Shown here in pieces: positions 9,544 to 18,337 of a stretch of DNA of 24,287 bases (position 1 is the stretch's first letter; each line of letters starts with the position of its first letter). Under the pieces are notes generated by a model that searched no databases, was not told the DNA's origin, and was given only the letters and a program-made list of their open reading frames with translations. The translations under genes and the position numbers were made by a program. Location: the NCBI GenBank assembly GCA_038207085.1, contig JBBRAE010000036.1:1-24287 (forward strand), read 5' to 3'. Origin of the DNA: Armatimonadota bacterium (GTDB lineage: Bacteria; Armatimonadota; UBA5829; DTLH01).

Positions 9544-9873
9544 ATGGGTACTTACCTAGAGCGTCCGTCATCAGATGAAAGATCATCCTGGACGGCGGTA
9601 GTGTTCTTCCTGGTGCTAATCATTGCCGTCCTATTGATCGGCTACTTCGCCTGGTGGGCTCCGAGCCAGCGAACCACGGTTGTCGTACCGCAGCCCACGA
9701 CAACGGCCCCTGCGCCACAAGCACCTCCCGTGCCTGCGGCCCAAGGCCCGTCCGGTACACCTGGCCCTTCGGGCCCCTCCGGTGCAACCGGTGCTGCGGG
9801 ACCCTCCGGTGCAGCTGGTGCGCCAGGTGCACCGGCGCCGCCCGCCACTCCGGCAGTGCCAAGCGGCCAATAG
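9544..9873 (+). CDS. Small single-pass membrane protein with a Pro/Thr linker and collagen-like (Gly-X-Y)10 tail
   Basis: ATG 9544 with GGAG upstream. TM segment AVVFFLVLIIAVLLIGYFAWW, then GPSGTPGPSGPSGATGAAGPSGAAGAPGAP. Confidence 0.8.
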   Translation: MGTYLERPSSDERSSWTAVVFFLVLIIAVLLIGYFAWWAPSQRTTVVVPQPTTTAPAPQAPPVPAAQGPSGTPGPSGPSGATGAAGPSGAAGAPGAPAPPATPAVPSGQ

Positions 9874-9880
9874 CCAGGGA

Positions 9881-9917
9881 GCGAAAGCTTTATTCGTGAA
9901 GCGAATAAAGCGGGCTA
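9881..9917 (+). repeat. Dispersed palindromic REP-like repeat, copy 3 (spacer inverted)
   Basis: GCGAAA-GCTTTATTCG-TGAAG-CGAATAAAGC-GGGCTA, starting 8 nt after the stop codon at 9873. Confidence 0.9.
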
Positions 9918-10017
9918 AATGCAAGCGCTGTGTCGGGCACGACATGTTGCCCGACCCGCGATGGTTGGACCAGAGTTAGGCTTTGGCCTATTGTTGTTAC
10001 CAAGGGAGGTGACAAAG

Positions 10018-10167
10018 ATGATATGGACAGTATTCGTGATTCTTCTGATCTTGTGGCTGGCAGGTTTTCTAGGCCACGTCGGGGGCAGCCTGATTCACCT
10101 CGTGCTTGTAGTAGCGGTGATCGTGCTAGTCTTCAATCTGCTCACAGGGCGTAGGGGCATGGCTTGA
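10018..10167 (+). CDS. lmo0937/DUF5670-family small membrane protein (49 aa)
   Basis: GGGAGGT RBS at 10004-10010; MIWTVFVILLILWLAGFLGHVGGSLIHLVLVVAVIVLVFNLLTGRRGMA matches the LW..G....GGLIH.LLV.A pattern. Confidence 0.85.
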   Translation: MIWTVFVILLILWLAGFLGHVGGSLIHLVLVVAVIVLVFNLLTGRRGMA

Positions 10168-10199
10168 GCAATGCAAAAATGTACGAGGAGGTTCCAGCG

Positions 10200-11378
10200 A
10201 TGTTGCGACGCCTTAGCGTTAGCAAGAATGGGCAGATAGCGATTCTGCCCATTCTCGGACTATTAGTATTGGTGCTGTCGGTTGTGGTGATAGCCGGCTG
10301 CGCAAAACAGTCGGCAGAGGCAACTGCCGGCCGACGTGATATCACCGCCTATCTACCGGCCCAGGGAACGGTCGTTGCCCCTGCATCGGCGCGGGCGGAC
10401 GTCCGCTCCCCATACGAGGTGCCTGTGGAGAAAATATACGTGACTGTGGGGCAGAACGTCCGACGCGGGGAGGCTCTGATACTGTTCTCCGCGCCGCAGA
10501 ACCAGGCTTACTACGAGCAAGCGCGCGTTGTCCTGCTGCAGGCGCAGAAGTCTTTGGAGCAGGCCCGCGGGCAATATGGACAGGAAGTTAGATCCGCGCA
10601 GAAGCGGCTTGCGGCGTCCCGCTCGACTGAGAGGAAGGCAAGGATGACCACCTCGGAAGGTGTCGACTCGTCCACGTCCAATCCTCCTGACACGAGCGCG
10701 CCAACAGTCAACAGACAGGCTGACGAACAGGCAGTCATCGACACGCAGGCCAGGATGGCCGAAGGATTGGTCCCTTACCAACAATCGGTGGCTGCAGCGC
10801 AAGAAGAGTTCGACGCGGCCCAGGCTGGCAGCAAGTCCGCCCAGGTCAAGTCTCCGATCACTGGCACCGTACTCGCCCTGAACGTCAGCATAGGAACGAC
10901 TCCCGATCCGCAGGACAAGAAGCCGCTGGTTACTGTGGTGAACCTGGAAGCTCTGAAGGTCGCGGCCGGAGTTGACGAGGAAAAACTAAGTATGCTGAAG
11001 CCGAAGAGCCCGACACTTGTAACGCTCAAGGAAGCTCCGAACGTAGAGTTTCCGGGTTCGCTGAATGAGATCTATTCCGAGAAGGCTGGCTTCCTTCAGG
11101 GGCAGAAATACGTTGCTCTGGTGGACTTCAGGAACACCAAAGGCCAAGCCAAGCCTGGCATGGAAGCGACGGTCTCGATCAAGGTGGGCGAGGTGCGCGA
11201 TGTGCTTGCTGTCCCCGCCAACGCGACGTACATGGTGGACAAGCGGCAATACGCGGTGAAGCTGCGCGAAGGCAAGGAATGGCGACAGCGGATAGTAGAA
11301 ATCGGCCTCAGCGACGGCAAGTACACGCAGATCAAGTCAGGACTAAAAGAAGGCGACGTAGTGATGACCAATCCGTGA
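10200..11378 (+). CDS. Efflux RND/ABC transporter periplasmic adaptor (membrane fusion protein), possibly a lipoprotein
   Basis: ATG 10200 with GAGGAGG RBS. Hydrophobic N-terminus ending in IAGC, lipoyl half-motifs (VEKIYVTVGQNVRRGEAL; VKSPITGTV), coiled coil, KPGMEATVSI, C-terminal IGLSDGKYTQIKSGLKEGDVV. Confidence 0.9.
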   Translation: MLRRLSVSKNGQIAILPILGLLVLVLSVVVIAGCAKQSAEATAGRRDITAYLPAQGTVVAPASARADVRSPYEVPVEKIYVTVGQNVRRGEALILFSAPQNQAYYEQARVVLLQAQKSLEQARGQYGQEVRSAQKRLAASRSTERKARMTTSEGVDSSTSNPPDTSAPTVNRQADEQAVIDTQARMAEGLVPYQQSVAAAQEEFDAAQAGSKSAQVKSPITGTVLALNVSIGTTPDPQDKKPLVTVVNLEALKVAAGVDEEKLSMLKPKSPTLVTLKEAPNVEFPGSLNEIYSEKAGFLQGQKYVALVDFRNTKGQAKPGMEATVSIKVGEVRDVLAVPANATYMVDKRQYAVKLREGKEWRQRIVEIGLSDGKYTQIKSGLKEGDVVMTNP

Positions 11379-11395
11379 TCGGCATCTAATTATCC

Positions 11396-11533
11396 CGTTG
11401 ACCGCACCGATGACCCGTCTAACGGCGTGATAGGCGTCCAACCTTGACCCACATGCGTGAGAGACCACTGAGCTCCCGAGTGTGGGTCAATGCTCGACGC
11501 CGATGGCGGGTCAATATTCAGTGCCGACTGACA
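11396..11533. mobile_element. IS21-family-like miniature element (two ends, no transposase)
   Basis: Right end read inward: TGTCAGTCGGCACTGAATATTGACCCGCCATCGGCGTCGAGCATTGACCCAC. Left end: CGTTGACCGCACCGATGACCCGTCTAACGGCGT..CCAACCTTGACCCAC. Each end has two (T)TGACCC boxes, as in IS21/IS1326-type ends. Confidence 0.65.
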
Positions 11534-11559
11534 GTTGGGACACAGGAGCAAGATTTCGG

Positions 11560-11588
11560 ATGACAAAACTCTCATCGTGCGGTATAAT
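11560..11588 (+). promoter_or_regulatory. Putative sigma70 promoter upstream of tRNA-Ser
   Basis: ATGACA-N17-TATAAT (11560-11565, 11583-11588). Confidence 0.55.
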
Positions 11589-11617
11589 TTACCGGGCAAC
11601 AGCAAACAGCACCATCC

Positions 11618-11660
11618 ATTTCAGAAGCAATTTCAGAAGCAAAATTGGATTTCAGTAGCA
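11618..11660 (+). repeat. Three 12-bp direct repeats ATTTCAG(A/T)AGCA
   Basis: Tandem copies at 11618-11629 and 11630-11641; third copy at 11649-11660 with one mismatch. Confidence 0.85.
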
Positions 11661-11715
11661 TTTGCATTGCCAAGGCCCGAGCGATGTCCCAATATCACGC
11701 TCGGACATGCGTCGT

Positions 11716-11803
11716 GGAGGCGTGCTCGAGTGGTTTAAGGGAGCGGTCTTGAAAACCGTCGTGCTGAAAGGCACCAGGGGTTCGAATCCCTTCGCCTCCG
11801 CCA
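11716..11803 (+). tRNA. tRNA-Ser(TGA)
   Basis: Acceptor stem GGAGGCG/CGCCTCC, D-loop AGTGGTTTAAG, anticodon arm GCGGT-CT-TGA-AA-ACCGT, long variable arm GTGCTGAAAGGCAC, T-loop TTCGAAT, discriminator G and encoded CCA. Confidence 0.97.
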
Positions 11804-11817
11804 TCTGATTTACTCAT

Positions 11818-11856
11818 AAAATGCCCGAGCTTTCAACAGCAAAGCTCGGGCATTTT
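11818..11856. terminator. Bidirectional intrinsic terminator between the tRNA and the LOG gene
   Basis: Perfect 16-bp stem AAAATGCCCGAGCTTT / AAAGCTCGGGCATTTT with A/T-rich flanks, between convergent genes. Confidence 0.85.
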
Positions 11857-12032
11857 GCATTTTGGCTTCCTGAAAGACCCGTATGGGCGAGATCACCTTT
11901 TCCGTGCCGCACACTTACAGGGCATCAAACTTCAGTCTTCACTACTTAAAGCCCTTCGGTGAAGCTCGTACCTGTGATCCGTGACGGAGGAGGCAGGTGA
12001 ACCTGCGCCCGACAGGGGGTTCTCTGCCGGCG

Positions 12033-12767
12033 CTACCAGTGATATTCCGCCAACCATTCAGAGTAGTGCTTTCGGATAATCTCCAAAGCGTCTTCGGCCT
12101 TATCTACGCAGCAGGGGATATCCATGTCGACCGAGTCAGCAAGCAGTTCGTCACCTTCAATCATACTTGCTTTTGCCCAGTCCAGCATTCCCCTCCACAT
12201 CGGGCCGACAAGGATCAGTGGAACATTGTAGAGGTGGCCGACCTGCAGCAACTGCCAGATCATCATCGTCTCAAGCAGCGTGCCTACCCCACCGGGGACT
12301 GCGATGAAGGCGTTGGACCTGAGCACGAAGTGCTGCAGTCGCGAGAAGAAGGTCCTGTGCTCATACACTCTCCCGACAAAGGTGTTGGGAGCCTGTTCAA
12401 GTGGCAGATGTATGTTCAACCCAATGGAGCTCTCCATTTTGCCGGGATTGGCTTCGAGCGCGCCTTCATTGGCCGCCTCCATAAGCCCCGGTCCGCCCCC
12501 TGTGATAATCCGACAGCCCATCGCAGCGAGCTCCCTTGCAAGGATCCGGACTTCGTTGTAGTGCTTGGATTCCCTCGTGATCCGGGAGGAGCCAAATATC
12601 GTGACACCGTAGAACTCCGTGTGTGTTGGACGCAGCCGGGTCAGGTTATCAACGACATCCCAGAGCTTGAAAATGGAGTCCTGCCAGATCTGCACAGCCA
12701 TCTTTTGGTCTATGCCGGACGCAATCTCTTCTGAGTAGTCGAACGTTTCGTGTTGATTCATCGGCAT
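12033..12767 (-). CDS. LOG-family (Rossmann-fold nucleotide phosphoribohydrolase) protein
   Basis: VTIFGSSR, ITGGGPGLMEAANEGA, IGLNIHLPLEQ, FFSR and the PGGVGTLLE signature. Confidence 0.92.
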   Translation of the reverse strand: MPMNQHETFDYSEEIASGIDQKMAVQIWQDSIFKLWDVVDNLTRLRPTHTEFYGVTIFGSSRITRESKHYNEVRILARELAAMGCRIITGGGPGLMEAANEGALEANPGKMESSIGLNIHLPLEQAPNTFVGRVYEHRTFFSRLQHFVLRSNAFIAVPGGVGTLLETMMIWQLLQVGHLYNVPLILVGPMWRGMLDWAKASMIEGDELLADSVDMDIPCCVDKAEDALEIIRKHYSEWLAEYHW

Positions 12768-12963
12768 AACTCCCTATTCATACAGTTACCCCAACGGCGT
12801 CTGTGCGAAAACGATCGGTCTCGCCCAACGAGAAGAAGAACATCGCGCCCTTGTCTACCTCACTTGTAGTTGGTGATCCTCGACGGCACCCCGGTCTTAG
12901 CGACCGCACCGTATGTCTCAATCCAGTAGAGTTCAACGCCGGGGAGAATCTCACTGACCCGCA

Positions 12964-15831
12964 TTATTCACGCGATAAAATGACGACAGCGGCGTCATCG
13001 GCAAGGCGACCTTCAGCCCAATCGACTGCGGCACTCAATATCTGATTCGCGAGACACTCAACTGACAGATCACCGCGTTCTTTGACAATGTCCATCAGCC
13101 TGTCGAAATCGAACATCTCTCGCCCCCTGCGAGCCTCAGTTATGCCGTCCGTATACATGATAATCTTGTCTCCCGGTGACATTACAAGTGTGCCTGCCGT
13201 ATAGGTGGCGTCCGGCATTACGCGCAGCGGAAACTTACCGTGGTTGACTACCGATATACCGCCGTCAGCGCGGCGAAGAATCGGCGAAAGGTGTCCGGCG
13301 TTGGCGTAGTTCACCATTCCTGAGGACTGATTCACCATAGCGAAGAAAACAGTAACAAACGAAGTCATCTCGACGTAGTGGGAGTATAGAACAGCATTTG
13401 CCCGGGTCAGCACGTCGCCCACATCTGACGTCTGATGGGCGAGAGTGTGAATGGTAGTCCGAGTGGTTGCTGCAAGCGCGGCGGCCTCAAACCCCTTGCC
13501 TGCGACATCGCCTATCAGCACCCCCGACATACCATCAGAGACATCAAAAGCGTCGTAGAAGTCCCCGCCGATCTCCCTGTCGGCATACGCGGGAACATAC
13601 TTCACCGCAACGCGATAACCTCCGCCGATACTTGGCTGCTCGGGCAAAAGCGCACGCTGGAGTATCAGAGAGAAATGCCGTTCGCGCTCCAGAGCTTCAG
13701 CGATATCACTGCGGCTGCGCGAAAGGTCCTCGTAGAGTCTAGCGTTTTCGATGACTGATGCGGTTCTGTCGGCCGTTGTCTCTATGAACCGGATATCATC
13801 AATGTCAAACGCCCGGGGAGCATGGAACTCAACGCTGACTACGCCCAGCAGTCTGTTGCGCGAAATCATTGGTGTGCCCAGTATAGCCATCACTCCACGC
13901 CCTCTGGCATCATCGTCGAGCTGCTTGGGATTGGTGAGTGAAAGAGTGCGGCGGCCTGTCCCCATTTTCCAGATGACACTCTCGACCGACTCAACATGCA
14001 CGCCCAATAGCTCAGGAACATTGCTAATAGATCGTGCCACCAGCTGCCTGGAAACCTCATCAAACAGGTATATACACCCGCCGTCGGCTTCAAGTCCTTC
14101 TGCGATCTTCGACACGTATATATCGAGCATGCCGGGGAGATCCATCAGCGACGTCGCCACTGCTGCCATATCAGCCATAGCAGCGAGTCTGCGCGTCTCC
14201 TTCTGTGACTCCTGAAGCAGTTTTTCGAGGTTCAGGCGCAGCGTCACAAGCTCCGTTATATCATCCATGGTCACAACCGCCGATGTAACATTCCCGGAGG
14301 CGTCAGTCACGGGGGCACTGTTCACAAGTATAGACACCTCAGACCCGTCTCCGCGACGAATAAGCATCTCCACCCCCGTCGCCTTCTCAGCCTTCCGAAG
14401 CGAACGTATCAGTGGAAGCTCTTCAATTGCAAATAGGGTGCCATCGGGACGAAGCAAAGCATACCCTTTGAGTGCGGTTACGGCGGCAGAGCCTGGCACA
14501 GGCCCGCCGGCAATCTCCATCGTCGCAGCGTTGTAGTAGGTAACAGCATCCGTTTTCGCATCGGCTATAACCACTCCGACTGGTATGGTATGCAGCACTG
14601 TCCGCAGTGTCGCCGCGTGTTCCGCGGCCCGTATTTCCATTTGCCGCTGGAGTGAAATGTCCTGAATAGCGGCAACACCACCGATTACCCTGCCATTTTC
14701 GTCTGTGATGGGTGCGGCTGAGTTTAGAATCGTCCCTCTCGCGCCGTCGAAGCATTCGATGTCTATCACTTCGCCCACCGATGTCTCCCCCTTCAAAACA
14801 GCCCTGGCAAGCGCCCAATCCTCTGCTTTGACACGTTCGCCCGTCTCTGGCCACCATCCCTTGTATGCTGAATATTCCTCTACAAATCTGGGTCTAGGAG
14901 CACTACCTCCCCAAATATCGTCCACCAGGCTGTTGGTTTGAACGATTCTCCCCGAGACGTCCGCTATGAACACACCGACCGGGAGCGCATCCAGCACCGC
15001 TTGAAGCCTCCGGGCTTGGACATCAAGGTCCGACACCATCCTCCTGCGATCACTGATATCCCGGAAGTACGTTGATACACCCTCTCTTGATGGGTATGCG
15101 TGTAGTTCGAACCATGCGCCAAGCTCCACATATTCGTCTTCGACGCTGAACGGCAGTCGTGTGTTCATCACTTGTTCGTAGGCCCGCACGAAGACACTCT
15201 CTCGTGGGAATATGCTCCAGATATCTCTGCCGACAGTCTCACCCCGGCGCAGTCCCAGCATTTCTTCGGCACGACGGTTGAGGAGTGTGACGGTAGCGTT
15301 GTAGTCGATGGCGAGGAATCCGTCGATGATGCTTTCGAGGATGTTTTGCACTCTGTCAGTCTCAAGCTCCCGTGCCTGGAAAGCGACGGTCGTAACGAAT
15401 GCCCCGAGCATAGCGGCTGCCTTAGATATGGCGCTTACATCAGAAACGCAGAACGCGGCCTCAACGTCGGAGCTGACCCTGAGCACCCCTATAACTCCGC
15501 GGATGCCGCCCAATGGCAGGCTGATGAAGCTTCCAGATGACTCAAGCGCCAGTGTGTCTTCACGGGTATCACTATCGCCGGAGAACACCGTGTAGTCGCG
15601 CAACAGAAGTGCTTCCTCCCCACTCGCACAGCCCATTGGAACACACAGGAACTTCCAGTCGTGAACACGAATTGCAAGAGAGACGACATCCGCTCGATGG
15701 GCCTTGTGGATCAGCCAGAGGACCCGTAGTAGTCGCTCAGCCCAGTCTTCAACAGCTGACAACTCTTCCGCTATATCCTCCAGCAGAACAGCGTCAGTCG
15801 ACGTAGTATCGGCGCGTTCCTCAAAGCCCAT
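12964..15831 (-). CDS. GAF-PAS(x3)-GAF PP2C/SpoIIE (RsbU-type) serine phosphatase
   Basis: LQRALLP, IGGDFYD, IGDVAGKG, YANAGH, YTDGITEA, DDAAVV; PAS-type repeats (ILESIIDGF, VLDALPVGV, VLHTIPVGV). ATG 15831 with GGGGGA RBS is preferred over TTG 16011. Confidence 0.92.
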   Translation of the reverse strand: MGFEERADTTSTDAVLLEDIAEELSAVEDWAERLLRVLWLIHKAHRADVVSLAIRVHDWKFLCVPMGCASGEEALLLRDYTVFSGDSDTREDTLALESSGSFISLPLGGIRGVIGVLRVSSDVEAAFCVSDVSAISKAAAMLGAFVTTVAFQARELETDRVQNILESIIDGFLAIDYNATVTLLNRRAEEMLGLRRGETVGRDIWSIFPRESVFVRAYEQVMNTRLPFSVEDEYVELGAWFELHAYPSREGVSTYFRDISDRRRMVSDLDVQARRLQAVLDALPVGVFIADVSGRIVQTNSLVDDIWGGSAPRPRFVEEYSAYKGWWPETGERVKAEDWALARAVLKGETSVGEVIDIECFDGARGTILNSAAPITDENGRVIGGVAAIQDISLQRQMEIRAAEHAATLRTVLHTIPVGVVIADAKTDAVTYYNAATMEIAGGPVPGSAAVTALKGYALLRPDGTLFAIEELPLIRSLRKAEKATGVEMLIRRGDGSEVSILVNSAPVTDASGNVTSAVVTMDDITELVTLRLNLEKLLQESQKETRRLAAMADMAAVATSLMDLPGMLDIYVSKIAEGLEADGGCIYLFDEVSRQLVARSISNVPELLGVHVESVESVIWKMGTGRRTLSLTNPKQLDDDARGRGVMAILGTPMISRNRLLGVVSVEFHAPRAFDIDDIRFIETTADRTASVIENARLYEDLSRSRSDIAEALERERHFSLILQRALLPEQPSIGGGYRVAVKYVPAYADREIGGDFYDAFDVSDGMSGVLIGDVAGKGFEAAALAATTRTTIHTLAHQTSDVGDVLTRANAVLYSHYVEMTSFVTVFFAMVNQSSGMVNYANAGHLSPILRRADGGISVVNHGKFPLRVMPDATYTAGTLVMSPGDKIIMYTDGITEARRGREMFDFDRLMDIVKERGDLSVECLANQILSAAVDWAEGRLADDAAVVILSRE

Positions 15832-16030
15832 ACAGTGATTCCCCCGCAACGCACAGCCGTGGCCTTCCCCTGACTCACAAGCGTAATCTAAAATACCCAG
15901 TTCAGGTACGTCGCACACCTCTAGTGTCGGATTAACTTGAATCTGACGCATTCGGCACCCTGTTAATCGAAGCCTCTGCACGCTCCGGTGACGTTGCGAG
16001 ATATCAGTCAAATCCAGGTTAAGCGTGCAC

Positions 16031-16067
16031 TAGCCCGCTATATTCGTTAAGCGAATAAAGCTCTCGC
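16031..16067 (-). repeat. Dispersed palindromic REP-like repeat, copy 4
   Basis: Minus strand GCGAGA-GCTTTATTCG-CTTAA-CGAATATAGC-GGGCTA. Confidence 0.9.
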
Positions 16068-16222
16068 CAGCAATCACAAGAAATTAGGGGGAGTATCGGC
16101 GGAGTCTGGTCAGCCCATATCGGTAGGGGAACACTCGGTAATCTGCGGATTGGTCTTCAGGACTCCGATAGTGTGACCGACCCAACGTTTTGCCCGCGCA
16201 TTAACCAAGCCTCACAGTCACA

Positions 16223-17173
16223 TCAATAAGTCAGCACCGCTCGAATGGTGCTCCACATCTCACTCACACGCACAGCAGACTTTTCGCGCCTTGCCCCGCC
16301 CATGGGAATGAGTATCAGCCATTTGGACATCCGAACCGCGCATACAAGAGCGATTGTGGCCCGGAGCGTAAGCCCTTTCAAGAATCCGAAGTGCCTCTGG
16401 ATGAGCCTACACCGGCTCTTCATGAGCTGAGCCTGCATCCTGGCACTCGCCTGTTTCGTGCTCTGTCCGCCATGATGGACGACAACCGCGTCTGAAACAT
16501 AGTAAAGCTTCCAACCGGCCCGAGTCATGCGAATCGACCAGTCAACGTCCTCTCCGTAGACGAAGTATCTCGGGTCTTGGACGCCGATCTGCTCCACAGT
16601 CTCCCGCCGCACGATAAAGCTTGTGCCCCAGGTAACGCATGGAACCTGCTGAGTGACGGACAAGTCGGCCTCCGCGCCATCACGAGCCCCTGGAACGATG
16701 TTGTCGCGCAGGTTCGCCGATGCCGGAGAGATTGCCTCCATCATGGCCCACCGGAAGTTGTCTCCAACTCCGAAGAAGTTGGGGTGTTTGCCTCCGCCGG
16801 GGAGCACGAGTTTCGGGGTAGCGCCGCCAGCCTCGGGGTGTTCGTCCATGAACTGAACGAGGCGATCAAACGCACTGGGCTGAACGATCGTATCACTGTT
16901 CAGGGCAAGCACGTAGCGTCCAGCGCTCGCTTCAAGCCCCTGATTGGTCGCTGCGGCAAGGCCCTTGTTGTCCGAGTTTCTGATCAGGTGAACGCTCGGG
17001 AACTCAGACGCGACCATATCCGCGCTGCCGTCGCTTGAATTGTTGTCGACAAGCCAAATATCAAACGAGATGTCGCTTGTGTTTTCATATATCGACTCAA
17101 GACACTCTCGGGTGAGGTCCCTGGTGTTGAAGCTTACGATTGTTATTGAAAGGTCGGGGCGGTTTGCATCCAT
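16223..17173 (-). CDS. Family 2 glycosyltransferase (WbbL/rhamnosyltransferase-like)
   Basis: LSITIVSFNT, VDNNSSDGS, NKGLAAATNQG, LNSDT, YFVYGEDVDW, HHGGQS. ATG 17173 lies 4 nt after the upstream stop. Confidence 0.92.
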   Translation of the reverse strand: MDANRPDLSITIVSFNTRDLTRECLESIYENTSDISFDIWLVDNNSSDGSADMVASEFPSVHLIRNSDNKGLAAATNQGLEASAGRYVLALNSDTIVQPSAFDRLVQFMDEHPEAGGATPKLVLPGGGKHPNFFGVGDNFRWAMMEAISPASANLRDNIVPGARDGAEADLSVTQQVPCVTWGTSFIVRRETVEQIGVQDPRYFVYGEDVDWSIRMTRAGWKLYYVSDAVVVHHGGQSTKQASARMQAQLMKSRCRLIQRHFGFLKGLTLRATIALVCAVRMSKWLILIPMGGARREKSAVRVSEMWSTIRAVLTY

Positions 17174-17177
17174 TGCG

Positions 17178-18299
17178 CTATCTGAACAGCCCACGCTCTT
17201 TGAGTTCGTTTGTTGCGGCATCCAGCCTGTCCTCCGATCGCTTGTCGCCTGCCCAGGATAGAAACTCCCTGATCCCCTGCTCGAAACTGACCTGCGGCTC
17301 GTAACCAAGGAGTCTCTTCGCGCGCGAGAGGTCGGCGTGGCAGTGGCGAATGTCCCCCACCCTGAACTTTCCGATCACCTCGGGCTCAAAGCTCTGCCCC
17401 ATCTCTCGGACCATCGTGCGGGCCATTTCAAGAACAGAAAGCGCCTCACCGCTTCCGACGTTTACGACTTCATAGTCCGCGCCGCCGTTCATGCACAAGA
17501 CGCACGCGTTAACGACATCGCTTACGTGGACAAAGTCCCGGGACTCTAAACCATCTTCATAGATCAACGGAGCCTCGCCGTTTCGAATCTTGGAGGCGAA
17601 TATTGTAATAATCCCGGTATAGGGGTTTGTGAGCGACTGGCCTGAGCCATAGACGTTGAAGAACCTAAGCGCAGTCGTCGGAACGCCGTAGGCCTGACCT
17701 GTGCACAGGCAGAGCTCCTCCTGATCGCGCTTGGTGATCGCATAGACCGACCCTGGCCGAAGAGGCTTGTCCTCGTCAGTTGCAAGCGGAGCAAGCTCGG
17801 CTTCACACGTCGGGCAGAATATCTCCCAACGGGCTGCGTCCATCTGAGCGACCGATCTTGGCGCGGGATAGACCACACCGCAGGTCGGGCAGGTATACTT
17901 ACCTTCACCATAGACCGCTCGCGAGGAGGCGACGACCACCCGGCGCACACCCGTATTGCCGGAGGCGATAAGCTCAAGAAGCTGTGCGGTCCCGCCGACG
18001 TTGCAGCTCACGTACTCGTTTATCTGGTACATCGACTGCCCGACGCCGGTCTGCGCAGCCAAGTGATAGACAACCTCGATGCCCTCAAGCACCCCAATGA
18101 GCGCCTCAGCGTCCCGAACGTCGCCTCTCACAAACTCGACGCCCTCGGGCACAGACGACGAATCGCCGTGCACCTGCGGGGTGAAGTTGTCAAACACCCG
18201 GACCCGGTGACCCAGTTCAATAAGCCGCCGACAGAGATGAGTTCCGATAAACCCCGCGCCGCCGGTTACTAGTATATTTTTGCTAATTCGTGTATCCAT
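17178..18299 (-). CDS. NAD-dependent epimerase/dehydratase (extended SDR) with a CxxC...CxxC insertion
   Basis: TGGAGFIG, HLAA, ASSRAVYG, YAITK, RFFNVYG, RDFVHV; CPTC twice. Confidence 0.93.
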   Translation of the reverse strand: MDTRISKNILVTGGAGFIGTHLCRRLIELGHRVRVFDNFTPQVHGDSSSVPEGVEFVRGDVRDAEALIGVLEGIEVVYHLAAQTGVGQSMYQINEYVSCNVGGTAQLLELIASGNTGVRRVVVASSRAVYGEGKYTCPTCGVVYPAPRSVAQMDAARWEIFCPTCEAELAPLATDEDKPLRPGSVYAITKRDQEELCLCTGQAYGVPTTALRFFNVYGSGQSLTNPYTGIITIFASKIRNGEAPLIYEDGLESRDFVHVSDVVNACVLCMNGGADYEVVNVGSGEALSVLEMARTMVREMGQSFEPEVIGKFRVGDIRHCHADLSRAKRLLGYEPQVSFEQGIREFLSWAGDKRSEDRLDAATNELKERGLFR

Positions 18300-18337
18300 A
18301 GTCTTTATAAAATGATAGGCAGAATGCCCTCAAAACT

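Noticed and set aside
9932..9955. GTCGGGCA/TGCCCGAC hairpin as a second REP class
   Set aside because: Single copy in the window; cannot be told from an ordinary terminator-like stem.
11392..11541. Long hairpin as 6S RNA, SRP RNA or integron attC
   Set aside because: No SRP motif, no matching attC R'/L' boxes, and the reiterated TGACCC boxes with a TGT terminus fit IS21-type ends better.
11997..12734. 245-aa plus-strand ORF
   Set aside because: Antisense to the motif-supported LOG gene.
15832..16011. 60-aa N-terminal extension of the PP2C phosphatase from TTG 16011
   Set aside because: No clear RBS and no domain-like sequence; ATG 15831 has a good SD.
1275..16067. The palindromic repeat as a CRISPR repeat
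   Set aside because: Copies are dispersed over kilobases in both orientations, with no regular spacers and no cas genes.
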